This document shows, piece by piece, positions 40,100 through 54,100 of a stretch of DNA of 64,000 bases. The stretch is from Octopus sinensis (Eukaryota), in NCBI RefSeq assembly GCF_006345805.1, contig NC_043017.1, positions 7,998,001 to 8,062,000 on the forward strand. The letters are read 5' to 3'. The first letter of the stretch is position 1; every line of letters begins with the position of its first letter. The notes under the pieces were generated by a model. The model had not been told where the DNA came from, made no database searches, and worked only from the letters and a program-made list of their open reading frames with translations. The translations under genes and the position numbers were made by a program.

Positions 40100-41376
40100 G
40101 TAATCATATCTCCATTCTTTATCCTTCATCTAAGGCATCTTAAGACATTTTATGTAGAAGATAGTAGTATACAGATAAATATGCAATATATACAATAAAG
40201 AATCTCATGCATTTATGCCAAAAGTCTGCCAATGTGTGATTTATAGATTTCACCACTGATCTACATTCAGTAAAGTAAATATTGGTAGTACAGTAAAATA
40301 CTTGAGAATTTGTGTTGTTACGGTCTGAATAGCCAGATTTCTGGTTTACAATGACTGTTCCCCAACCAAAGACAGGTTCTCTCTTCACATTCTAGTTTGT
40401 AGATTCTAAATAAATTAAACCAACAAAGGAGCTTCATTGAAGTCACTTGATCTGGTCAGTGTAGCCAGAAAAAACTTCATTAGTAAGCTTCCTAATGTCT
40501 TTATTTATTTTTAAAGAGATATGTTTAAATCCTAAAGCTTAAGAGTGCTTGAGGATGAGATGATCAAATCTAGAGCATCAATTATATGATGTCTGAACTA
40601 AACCAACATATTAAATATCTTACATCTGTATGGTGTACCAACACTTGTTCCTAAATGTTTGATCAGCAAACCAAGCAAAGCTGACACGGCATTTAATATC
40701 AACAATCTATAGAATGAGGAATATAAAACATACTGAACTGCAGCAGTTCCTAATCTAGAGGGTCCCAACCTAAATTGGTTTCCAGTATCACTCTGAAAAG
40801 GTTGCAAGAGAAAATCTTTTACATTTGAAATATTTGATAAAATGTAAAATGTTCATGAAATTATTATACATTAAACCACAGACTGAATGAGAGCCTCAAT
40901 ACATTTACCGTAGGAATATTTCCTCAAGATTATTAATTAATTTGAAGATTATTAATTTGACAAAATGGGTTGCAATGGTAATGAGAATTGTTACTATAAT
41001 GTAATATAGCTAGTATCCAGTCTATGCAAACAAACCTATTTGTATAAAATTATATTTGACATATTTTCATAATTAGAAGTATATAACTAAGAAGTGTTAG
41101 ATTTTAAAACAGGGCAGCTTATGCAATTGTTTCACAGTAAAAATTACATCTAAACTATAATTGATACTCTTTTCATTTTCTTTTATATGATATAGCAAGC
41201 TCGAAAACTTAATTGTATTAACAATGCAATTTTCTAGTTTATCAATAGAATATTAATGTCTTATATCTAAAAATATCAACTGAAAGACCTTATAAACAGC
41301 ATGTATTTTCAGTGTTTTTGAAATTATCTCATTATATATATTGATATAATTTTTTCTTTTTCTTTTTGGTCTTCAG

Positions 41377-41477
41377 ATCATTCCTTTATGCAGTTTTTTG
41401 GTGATGACTTTCTTCGTCTTCTACTGCTACGCTTTGTTTTCTGTTACATAGTCTTAATTCTACACCGTGGCTTCAAG
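41377..41477 (+). CDS. SCAI: SCAI exon: (D)HSFMQFFGDDFLRLLLLRFVFCYIVLILHRGFK
   Basis: cttcag|AT...AAG|gtagat; 101 nt, phase 1-0. Compare human DQAFLQFFGDEFLRLLLTRFIFC. Confidence 0.96.
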
Positions 41478-42322
41478 GTAGATATGTTATGTTTACTATG
41501 ATATTTTCAATTATAAAACTTAAATGTTCCATTAATTTCTTTTGAAATTAAAGAACAAATTCTTTATTGAGTAGAGATCATCTGATAGAGTGAAAATATT
41601 GTAGATAAAGAACAGATGTATTAGCTTCAGGTGCCATAGACAAGTTCTGTCAGAATCTCTTTAGTATCAATAAATAGAACTAGGGAAGAGATGGTTATTT
41701 GTGTATAAGTATATCACTAACTCTGTCAGTCAACAATTGTCTCCACAAAATTACAAAAATCACACTTACAACCATTACACTTATACCAAATAGTTACAAA
41801 AATCGGGGGAGCTTCAAATGTATTTCCTCAGTCCGCTCAATGCAGGAGGCAATAACTCTCAAAAGACTTACTGATGTCTTTAAAAATGGGAATTACTTGG
41901 GTCAATGAGGGAGTTTTAAATTGTCAGTCAACCTACTTCTTTTGAAATGAAACCTGCATGTTCAAGTTGCAAGGCTGAGGACGGCCTCTACAATAAAGAC
42001 TGAGTTGTCAAAATTTGATGGAATACTGCTGATCAACTCAGACAGCCTAGATATATCAACATACAAATTTACACATTGTTCTCAAGTATTCTCTTGGGTA
42101 CCACATCTTGGATGTAGCACTATCCCATCAGAGAAGACTAGAACAACTTAACAGCAACAATAACTGAAATGTGTGGTTTACTTTATGCTTATTCATCCAT
42201 CTCCACTCTAATATAAAAAGGTTATTATCTATTCTGTTATACATAGACATAGTTGTGTTGTTTTCTGTATTGTGGATTCAATGTATAGAATCTTAATTTA
42301 ATATTTTCCTCTTGGTTTGCAG

Positions 42323-42475
42323 GGTCCCAGCTATTTCCCTACCTCTCACCCATCGTTACCAACAGATGAAATTCTGGAACATCCTTTGCTCTACAAAAGC
42401 ATGCTGGATCTAGCCAACACTTTGGACGTACGTGGTCTGTTTGCTGAGCCAGGAGACGGCGACACTTCCAACTGA
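42323..42475 (+). CDS. SCAI: SCAI terminal coding exon: GPSYFPTSHPSLPTDEILEHPLLYKSMLDLANTLDVRGLFAEPGDGDTSN*
   Basis: tgcag|GGT...TGA; 153 nt including stop. Compare human RNYPESYPQLPRDE...LELASILDVRNVF. The 11 exons total 1333 nt = 1 + 444 codons, in frame throughout. Confidence 0.95.
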   Translation, partial: GPSYFPTSHPSLPTDEILEHPLLYKSMLDLANTLDVRGLFAEPGDGDTSN

Positions 42476-43423
42476 CATCAGTGGATCAGCTAGAGTAGTA
42501 ATTACTGCCACAAAACTTGTGTCAGACAGTAGGTTGCCACTGCCTGTCCACTCGCCACCATACTGCAACCTACTGCTACTACTCTGCTGAATTTATTACT
42601 TTCGAGTAATACTAATGACATTGATGATAATACTGCAGCAACTACAACAACTACTACTGCAATTACTATTACAATTACTACTAAGAATACTACTGTGTGA
42701 GTGCACGGGGATACACAACACACCCATACCCATTCTATGTCCCTTTTCTTCCATATCCAGTTCTTCTAATAATCCCTCCTCCACCAGCAATCTACATCAT
42801 ATTTTTGTCATGTCCACCCCATCCCAGTTCATTTAATTTTTAATGTTACACTTCTGTTCACCCCTCTTCTCTCAATCCCTTCAAATTTAGTCCCAAATCT
42901 CTTCATGACAGTGATGGATTGGCAGAAATGGTAGAGTTCGAGACTAAATGCCTTACAGTATTTAGTTCCATCCATCTATATTCCAAGTTCAAATTTTACT
43001 TGGATTGACTTTGCCATTCATCTCTCTAGGATTGATAAAATTAATACCAGTCATGTACTTGGTTTGATTCAATCCTTTATGTCCCAGTCCCATGATTTGT
43101 GGCCTTGTGCCAATATCTACATAATTAATTTAATTCCCCTTCCCATATCCCACTTTCCATTCTTGTGTGTTGAGTATTTGTTACATTGTGTATACATATG
43201 AGTAAAACACCAACATGTAAAACATGGGCTTACATATTCCACTGTTGACTTCTACCACCACTTCTCTATTTCCTTGCGAGGGGTGCCAACTGCATCTAAT
43301 CCAGGACAGTGGTTATATTGTAGTCTATTCTTTATGTGTGTCTGTGTTTTCTCTCCCCAACTTGGTGCACCAACAGCTGTTCAGCTGATGTCTACACACA
43401 GATACATAGGAGTGTGTATATGC

Positions 43424-43468
<45 letters not shown>

Positions 43469-44347
43469 ATATATACACACACACATATATATATAATGAA
43501 TATGTCACCAACAACCCAACAAGAGTTGCTGGTGACACAACTGAAGATTCTCTCTTCATGTAGTGTGTCGAGAGCAAGTCAGCTTGGTGGGCTAATTAAT
43601 CCCGATCCCGTCGATTGACTATGGCCGGAAAATTGCAGGTCCAAGGTATAAGTGAAGTGAAATGGCTCAACTGGAAATTGAAACTGGGGTTGTAGGTTCG
43701 GCTAGCAGGGAGCTTAGTGCCACTCTATGGAGCTTACCCACACATTACATATCAATCAATCAAAAATATCTATGCTTCATAAGTGTGATAAACAGCCAGT
43801 TTCTTGGCTTTTTCTAATCAGATGCATCTATCGATTGCTCTTTAGTGCTGTTGACTTATGCATCCACACATACACATACCTGTATATGTGTACACACAAA
43901 TACAGACACATATATCTTTAATATATGTGCATGCACACAAACACACATCTATGCCACTAGAAGCTCTTTAATACCAGTTATCAGCTATGTGACATTGACA
44001 TTGATGAATTGTCTTTATTTCCTCAAACCTCAGTCCTGGTATTTCAAATGATGACAAAAACAAATGCAACTGTGAAAAATGGAATTAAAAAAACAGAACA
44101 AAAAAAAATTATTGACCAGACCATCCTTAGCAGTAATGTCACTCTATGGAAATTGGTCTTCTGAAATTAGTATTCTAACTGACTGAACATGATCCACTCC
44201 TCTTCCATGTTTGCTAAATTCACATTTGAATTGTGAATCTAGTTTTTTCTGCAAGCACATACCTGTTATGTATGTCTGCCATGTCTCTCTTCTTCACACA
44301 CACATACTTATACTTATATATATATATATTATATATATATATATATA

Positions 44348-44382
<35 letters not shown>

Positions 44383-47300
44383 CACATATATGTACATACA
44401 TACACATACACATATATGTATGTGTGTTTGTGTCTGTACGTATATATGTATGTATATGTATATCTGAGTGTAAGAAAACAAAAGGTTGTACATACACAGC
44501 TATGTAAATTTGTATGTTTCCTTCTATTTAATTTTTTTTCAGTCTTGGCTCTCTCTCTCTTTCTCTATCTCTTCCATATATATATATATATATATATATA
44601 TTAAATACACACACATTTATTGTACCTGCCTGTCAAGAGATTTGAACTGAGATCCTGTGTAGAGAAAGAACTATGACAGTTGGAACTCGGTAGAATTACA
44701 CTGGATATTTAAATACACACATACACTGTTCTATTTACTTTTTAGGACTACTTTTACAACAGTATATATGATTACATATCAAAGATACAGTGGAATGGAA
44801 TATCTATGACCAGGTTGTAGATGGACACTGAAAGACTTTGATATCTAATGACCTGTACTATTGTGAAAATAATGATTAAAAGTGAATATTAAAACCAATG
44901 TGATTCTATCACAGGGCCACTGATCACACACACACAGAATAAAAGTGAAATAGTCAAGAGGATAAACTACTGGACTACCAAACTCATAATTATGAATTCA
45001 TATCTCATAGCAGGTGTTCAATTGTTTTTTAAACTGTGCACTTAACTCCACATGCTTCATTTCAAATAGCCATGGTGGGGAATGGGTGCCAGGTTTTTCT
45101 AGATAAAATATGTAATTGAGCAGCACTTTGAGGAGGAAAGATATTTTTTCCTATCCCCTTCTCCTTATTTTTACTTCTACAGAAACAAGAGCTAAGCACC
45201 AGCCCTATAGATAGGTCCCTAAAGGATTCAGAAAAAAAAAAAAGAATGAACAGCTATGTTATTATTCTCAATTATACATACAATGTGTGTGTACAACTTT
45301 TGTATATTGTTCCTAAGCTGCACACAACATAAAATACTGACTTTTTTTTTCTTTCAGCATGATTTTCATCTCTGAACTCCATTTATTTCGATCTCAAACA
45401 TTTTAATGAAATTTGCTATAAATCTTCAATATTTGATATCATGTAGGTTTACACTATTTCAATGTTTTTAATTTTTCACATGTAAAATTTCCTTCCAGTT
45501 TTGAGTGAATGCTCAGTGAAGCTTAGTCTTAAACTCATTAAATGCAATAAAGAGAAGTAAAAATAACAGATTTGATTGTTATAGGAATTGATAAAGTTGC
45601 TGAGGAAGAAAACTGCCCCTATGTTTCTATGTTCTGCCATTTTTTAAAATTTCTTTTTAAGCAATGGAAACTAGTTTAACTGTTGACATATGTTATGAAT
45701 TTATGATGACAGTATAATAAAATACACTCTCTGTAAGAATTTATTTGATAGCATGCAAACATGGCTAGTTTTCATAAAATGGCTGTATCGTAATATGTAA
45801 CATCAAAATGCTGTTTTATACAACTGAAGCCATAGTTTTACTTATAAAGCTACAGATGCATATTTGAATAACAATTTTAATTTGTTCATGTTTTGAATAT
45901 TTTTACAAATACTGTTTTATTTTTCTCTGTCCTTCCCTCTCTAAACCACTACCTTCTCATATGAAAATGTTTGAAAAATAATGATGGATCACCTATCATT
46001 TTTGACAATGAACAATTAGTCGTTCAATCACCTGAACAACCAACTCATTAAATTAATGTATGTATGTGGCTGAGTATTCCATAAACACATGTACCCTTAG
46101 GGTAATTCTCAGTATGAACCAGCATGACACAATATGCAACAAGACTGGTACTTTGAATTACAGGTACAATCCATCCAATGGGCTTCCACACAGTTTCTGT
46201 CTACCCAGTTTCATTCACAATGCTTGGGTTGACCCGAAGCTATGGTAAAAAAACACTTGCCCAAGATGCCACAAAGTGGGATCAATGCTGGGACTTCATG
46301 ACTGAGATTCAAGCTTCTTAACCACATGTCCCCATGCCTGTGTTGATACATTTCTAGGAAATATTAAATATTACCATTATGTCTGTGAAATTCATACCCG
46401 CTTTTCTTTTTTATTTTAACTATCTTTCTTAAATACCTGTAGATATTTCCATTAATGTTATTCTAATTGATATATTGCAGGGACAGCTAAGATTGTTGGT
46501 ATTGCCTCTTTAGCTTTTAACATCTCTTTCTGTAATGACTGATATTTACTCTATTAACATCTCATTAGTTAAAACATTTTCTGTTGATCTTTTTCTTCAT
46601 CTTTCTTTCCAGAAATACATTTCTAAATAGTTATATAAAAAAAAAACCAAGTTGCATGTTTGTATATTAAAACTTATCTACTATTTCACTTATAAGAAAG
46701 GCAAGCATTTTACCTATAGGATATCTATCTTTTATAATGTTTGTGGGGGAATTTGTTATGAATTTACTCTTCGGATAGATATCAAATAAATAAATAAATA
46801 GAATAATCTCACACAGACAGCAGTTCCAACATGATGTTTAGTTGTGATGGCAAAAACAAACTTAAGGACCATGAAACTCTGGTATTACCTACTACAAAAG
46901 TAAAACTATCACAATTTCATTGCTAGATATTTGTTTGGGCACTTAATTCTTTCAGCCTTTCTAACAACTTATATATAAACCAACAAGGTCTGGAAAAATC
47001 TTAACCTGATTAGAAACCTTCAACTTGGTTTGCATATATTATCAGTCTTGTTTTGACAGGAATATGCAGCTAACATTGTAGACTCAAGTATGTTTTCAAT
47101 GTGCTGGATATATACTTTGTGTTCAAATTCCTATCAGACCCATTTTAACATTATTAACACTTTTGAAAAGTCATGAATATCCCAATTTCTCATTTTCATC
47201 TCAGATTTTACAATAATAAATTTTAGTAGTTGTTTGTAAGAGAATATGTAACATTCTAGAATCATGAGAAGTCTGCAAAATTAGTGAAATGTATTTCTAG

Positions 47301-50300
47301 TTCATTTATTGTCATCCATATCTCTGTATACTTTTGTGAATACCTGAAAGTTGAAACAAAATCATTTTGTCATCAATGAAAACTGATCCATGCAGTGTAC
47401 ATTCTTGTACATTTATATAGTGGTCCCTTCTTCACTACTTCAGCAAGTATGGTGAAGTCTCTCCTTTGCTGAAAAGGTCTAATAAGACTGAAAAAAGTCC
47501 AGTTGTCTCCCATACTCACATAATTTTTACCATTTTTTAAAATATATTCCTTGTATTAAATGTTAACACTAACTTTAATAATAATAATAATGGTTCTTCA
47601 ACTTGATAAGTCAGCATAAGACAAATGCTACAAGTCTCCAACTTGAAAGTAAGTAGCTTCAAATACAGCTTGCAAACTTTACTGGTGAATTTGGGGCAGG
47701 GTGCAGGTAGTGGGTATCATATTACTCAGTTAATGACTTTCACTCTTTTGGATGTCAACACAGACATTTACGTGTATAGGCCTTTTTTTGTCTTGTCTAG
47801 TGACTGAAATCATACATGCAGAAAATATTATTTATTTTAGTGGTGGCAATGATAAACTGTTAAATAAAGCTAAATTGACTTCTGATTCAGAAATTTGAAT
47901 ACTTCAGTACATTTACAGAAAATCCAGGTGTTGATTCTCTTTAAAGGTTTGATAAGTTCTTGTAATAAATGTAATTTATACAGCTATACCTATATATATA
48001 TATATTACAGCAAGCATGAGCACTCCAAGAGATTTCATTACCTGGTGCCTTGAGGCAGTATCTCTGTAACTGGTCTTGTAATAATATTTCAGTGTTCAAA
48101 TTATGTCACTTGTCAAGATTAACTTTTATTGATGCAGTCATTTCAACAAAGTCTTATATGCACATTGGAATAAAGTGTCAAAAGAGTGATATCCACTTCA
48201 AAATAGGGTATGATCAATGAAAAGTGCAGTCTTTGTGTTCATTTGTATTGTAACAGATTCCTTAAATCACAGACCGCTCTCAAGTTTAATGGATGAATGT
48301 GTATATGCACAAGGAGTTTTGTCATTCATATTACTGTTCCCTGTTTATGTGGTAAAGGGTTTTCAAAAGATACCCATACCCTTCAGCACTTATATCAAAG
48401 GGTGGAAGAGAATTTCCTTAATTTGTTTTCTGGTTAAGTATCTCTTAAAAGTAGTAACTAAGTTTGTGTTGCTATTTCTAAAGAGGATACTGAACTATAT
48501 GTTGTTTATACCACAATAATTCCTTAACTCCTGCTCCACATATACTCCCCCTCCCACTCTTCCTCTCTATCCATAAACATTAAGACTGTTTGCAAAAAAA
48601 CAATTAATTTCTCCTTTTCTTTTTTAAATACTGTTAGTTCCATAGGCAAAAATACTTAGATTGTCAGACAAAAAGCTTTGTAGTATTTAGTTATGACTAT
48701 TTATGTTCTGAGTTCAAATCCTGCCAAGATCAAACTTTGCTTTTCATTCTTTTGGGTTGATAAAATAAAATATCAGTCAAATACAGCTGGATGTGAATGG
48801 AATTATAGAAGAAGAATGATTGTTAAAGCACTAGTGAATACTTAAGTTTTCATGTAATAAATCTAGGGCAAGGTCAGACCAGCACAAATAATCTATCCAC
48901 TTCTCCAAGATAAATCCATAGATTTGAACTTGGAACAAGAAGCTAATGAGATGCTTACATTAATTATACATTACTCTCACTGTTTACTGTGGTAAACTTT
49001 AACTCTTTATAGTGTCTGTTTAGATTTAAATGAACTGAGCATATCAGAATATAGTAGTCAATAGGTTGACAATATCATTCCAACCAGTTGTGCCTCAAGA
49101 AAATCTCTAAAGCTCTAACCATATTAATTTCAATTTGTATGAATTTATTCCATCAATTGGTAGTATTTGGTATTTTAAACCAAAGTTATTATCTATTGAA
49201 ACCTGGCAGAATGATTAGAGTTGGTAGAAATAGTAAAAGCATTAGATTGAATTTTTTTTTTTTTATTAACTCTCTCTTGCACATTCTGAGTTCAAATCTC
49301 TGTGAGGATTAATTTTTCTTCTTTTGCCTTTCATCTTTCTGAATTTGATAAAATGACTACTAGTAATACATAAACGATGATGATTATATCAACTCTATCC
49401 TCTCCCAGTGCAAATTGGCTGTGTGTCTAGTTAAAAGCATTTATTGAAACTTAAAGCAAATAATATCATTTGATGTAGTTTATATTACCAGTGTCATTTC
49501 CTGTTGCTAGGTGAATTCTGTCTTGAGAATATTTTGTAAAAGAAAAAGAATAACCTTGAAATTGTCTATTGTTGTTCCATCTCTTACAAAAACAATTTAA
49601 CTTTATTTTTCATTCTATTTGTGTTTACTGTGTCAATTATTTATGTATATTCCCCCTAAACTTCCTTTTATATAGCTTCAAGATAACAGAAATACAGACA
49701 TTTGATTGGAAATTAAAGGCAATGCTTGCTGCAGTTATACTTTCTGCCTGCTGCCTGCCTTCTTCAGCAAATGAATTAATTTTTATTTTTCTGCTCACCA
49801 AATCTACAAACCATTGGAAAGTGAAAGGGTATTGAACTATAGTGTTCATTCACCTTTTCTAATAGAATTTTAACAATTGATTTTATATTATTTTTTTTAA
49901 AATCCATCTTGCTCTACCTAGCCTTGCATACATTGTCAACTAAGTGCTTTGTGTGTGTGTGTGTTATATATTTGCTTCTCTGAGTTTATCTCAGTGAATA
50001 CTATTACAAACATATGTGTATGCCTTTCATCTATCATAAAGCAATGTTTGCATTTGTGTCTCTGTGTCAGTAGTGGAATTGCATTTCTGCTTCCATTTAC
50101 AGTTCAGTCTTTCGATCTAGCTACATTGTACTTTAAAAATCTGTCCCATTGAAATACCAAATAATTCCATTTTACCACAAGATGAAGCAAGAAAGTGACA
50201 ATTATTATCATTACATCACTATCATATCTGGTTGTTCATGGCACCCTAATTTTTGTGATGTTGGCAATATAAGGATGTCTCACTCTTGCAGAATTTCTCT

Positions 50301-51087
50301 ATTTCTCTAGTTTGGGATTGAGTGAACTGAATTTTGTTGAGTGTATGTAAAAGGTGGATAGATTATAGTAGATAATTTTTTTTTTATATTATAATTTAGT
50401 AATATTCATTTACACTTTCCTTGTTCTTCTCAATTAAATTCTGCAATAGATTTTCTGATTGTATTTTATTTATTTGAGGATGTTTAAATGCTATAAGAAG
50501 TTCTGTGTCACACAATAAGGGCTCTACCTGTGATAGAATCATTACCTGCTATAACATATAATATAATCAAATGCTGTAACACCACACATTGCAGCTGCTT
50601 GATAACATAATACTGCTGCATGGCACAGTCTCAGTTTTATGATATATAGCCACTAAGTGTTACCCATGCAGTGAAATCTGATACACATTTCCTCTGGGAT
50701 TGGTTCAGTGTATATAGACACACCTGTGAGGAAACTTGATAAATAAGTATTTGCCATAAATGTGTAATGCTGTGTCCGTGTTGTTTACACAAGAGTAGTC
50801 AATCAGATTGAAGTAGTTATCTTCAAAATTTAATGATTTTAGTTTTAAGATAATCATGTCAGAACTTGTGAATGCCATTTTAGTAACTCTAAAGTTAGGG
50901 TGCCATGGGAGATATTTCTAACACAACTTCTAACCCACTGCTTCCTTTCACTTGTTCAAAAGTGCTTAAGTAGTTAGTTTAAGGTTCGAGTAGATTAATT
51001 TCTTCAGCAATGTTGTTAAAAGTGATTGATTCAATCTAAGATTGGCAGCTAATACTTAAGACTGCTCCAAACATTAAATGATCATAC

Positions 51088-51135
<48 letters not shown>

Positions 51136-54100
51136 CATCATATTTGTTGTTGTTGATGTTGGATAAAAATTTAAACGACAACGTCCTCTTCATATTCCAA
51201 CAGGAAAATAAAACAAACAAATTGGTTTTTACCCTTTGGGTTCTTAACTGCAGCTAAATTAAGGCCTGAAGGGAGCTAATGGGTGTTATTGTCATGAATC
51301 TGGCATAAATGTATACAAAGACCTCAATCTTTAAGAACATCACAGTGATAATAATAATTTCTTTTGATGTACAGAAATGTTTACAGTATTCCTAAGGTGT
51401 TCTACATTTTGATTTTGGAAATAGGAAAATATGGAAACTTAAATGGAACAAGATTTACATATTTTTCACTTTTTCACAACAAAATACAAAACAAAAGAAA
51501 AAAAACTCTTTCTATTATACCGAATTTGTTTTTACTGGTACTGACATTCAATGAATTAGTCCAGTGTGAACTATTATTATACATGTTAAAACCTCTCATA
51601 AAGGGTTATATTACCACCCATGAATACTGGTGCTGCTAATAATTTTTGGTTTGGTGTGATTACTATTATATATTGTGACAGGAAACTACTGTAGACTAGA
51701 GGTAAGCTCTCAGCAAACCGAATCCTGCGACCCAGTTTCAATTCCTAGTTGGATCTGATTCACTTTACATTAGTCACTAATGCCTTTGAAAAAGGCATGA
51801 ACATCACACAGTTTCATTCCCTTTCCTCTTTAAATATGTGACTGTGTGATTCAGTAGAAACATTAACTCATTGTATACATGATGGCAGACAAGTGCCATA
51901 AACTAGAGGTAAACTCAAGTATACTCTGAACCTGGTTTCAATTCCCGGTTGCAGCTATTTCATCTATGTCACTAATACCTTTGGAAAAGCATGTAGAACT
52001 TATTTTCACCCCCACCCCTATAAAAATCTCAGGCTTCAAGCCCTCCTATGTTAAGAAACATATCGTAGCAGGCAGCACAGTACAGTGATAAGTTCTCCGA
52101 GAAACAAGCCAGTAACTCTGGTTTCCTTCTCATTTAGAACCATTTTATTTCACTTATGTCACTGATGCTCTTGAGAAAGGCATGATTGTCACAACTTTCC
52201 ATTGTTCCATCCTTAAAAATTTCAAACTTCATGCCGATGTGAGAAATTATTATTACTACTACTATTACTACTACTACTACTTTTAATAAAAGTATAGATA
52301 ATGCAGTCAAGATGGTTCTGACTATTCAGGTGTACCTGATAAAACAGTGTTAAGGTTTACTAATTAATTAAACCATCATGTGGCCTATTTCTAGAAAGTT
52401 AAAACCCCCGAAACTATACCTTTTTATTTTTTTCTTCTCTCTTGTTCTTTAAATGCCTAAATCAAATGATTCCAGCTTCATCTTGTTGAATATTCTCTGA
52501 GGTTTCACTGAAATTTCATTTGCTTCTTCTGATTTAGCTAATTATAACAGATTTTGACATTTATTCATATGCTACAAAAATTATGGGGGAACTTTATACA
52601 ACCATTAGAATTTGTTGTATTAATTGACTTTGATATTTTCAGAGTTTGTCTCTGAATAACAATATTAAAAAAATACGTTATTCATTGTGAATTTCTATAA
52701 TGAAACAATTTATTCATTAAATTTCTACAAAGTTTATCAAATTAAATTGACAGCTTCCTAAAATAGCTGTAGATTTTGACTATGAAGTAATACTAAGATT
52801 TTTTTTAAAGATCTAGATATTTCTGTTGACTGTTAAGTCGAATGTTAATGGTCAATATTTTTGTCAACGTCTGTTATTTCTGTGTTTATTGTTCACCTCC
52901 CATTAAAACTGTTATCTCAATTTTCTTTTGCTCATTATTCATGTTTGCTATTTTAGTGTTTTTGTGCCTCAACTTGCCGCTGTGCATTTCTCACTGATTA
53001 TAATAACTTCTGTTTTCTAACCCCCATCTCTCTCTCTCTTTCTATCTCTCTTTATGTATGTATGTATATATATATGTATGTATATATATATATATATATC
53101 TTACTCTTTACACTTGCTGCCCACAAATATATGTATCTGCAGAATTGAATAGTATGTCACAAAGACTGATATTTCAACTGAAATTCACAACTAAGAAAAC
53201 AAATAAAGGGGGGGAAGAGAGCTTCAAACAAAATGTTTTCAGTGTACAAAGTTGTTGTTTTTTTTACTTTCTAATATGTGTGTATGTGTGTTTTTATTTT
53301 ATTTATGTTTTTGTTATTGTTGAATTTTTTTAAATCTCAGTTATTTGACTGGATACAGCTTGTAAAAGGTGTGATTTAACTCTGTGGATAACTCACTCCA
53401 ATCAGAAAACTTGATGTACTAATTTATTAAATACTTTTACAATTAGTGAGCTCCATATATTTTGTTTGTAATGTCAGTTATTTGTTTAATGACCTCTTTG
53501 ATTTATTTCCAGTTCCATGCAGCAGCTAAAGACTTAACAGTAACATCCGTTATTTAATATTTTGTAAGTTATCTTCACTGGATGAATTAATACTTCAACC
53601 AGGTCATTGTGTGTGTGGTGGGGTGTCAATTAGTGTAGTTTCAGAAGAAAGTCCCTCCCCACCCTCCTCAGCATCTGAAACCTGTTGGCGACTTAATGGA
53701 ATTCAAATGCTTCCAATGGCTGCTAACCAACTTTATTGAAACCAAATTACATTTTACAACTGGAAGACAGACTGCCAAAATATCTTCCACTCTACCTAGC
53801 TCCCTCCCTTTTAGCATTAGTTTGATAATACAATTCTGTTGCCTCAAATATAACAAAAGAAAAAAGAAAGAAAAAAAAACAACCATTTCTTTGTGCCAAC
53901 AATAACACAATGTTTTGTTAGTCATATCAGTGACAAATTTTGGCCAATTAACATTATTAAAAACATTTTTTTTTTAACATTTGAGGGTAAATCAACCATT
54001 ATTATGGTTATCATCACATTTCCTCTCTCTCCCACCATTCTTGAAGTTAAAAGTATCAAATCATTTTAACATTGTCACATCACAGACTTGTTCAAGGCTG

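Noticed and set aside
42476-42493. Stop-codon readthrough of SCAI (TGA-C context)
   Set aside because: An in-frame TAG follows after 5 codons and the context is not the strong UGA-CUAG type.
42502-42836. Q/L- or V-rich ORFs and a GTGAGT donor-like site (42697) after the SCAI stop
   Set aside because: Low-complexity (CTA/ACA)n sequence in the presumptive 3'UTR; no partner acceptor or coding signal can be supported.
47400-47500. Minus-strand exon-like stretch QRRDFTILAEVVKKGPLYKC
   Set aside because: No recognised homology, no linked exons and a weak donor.
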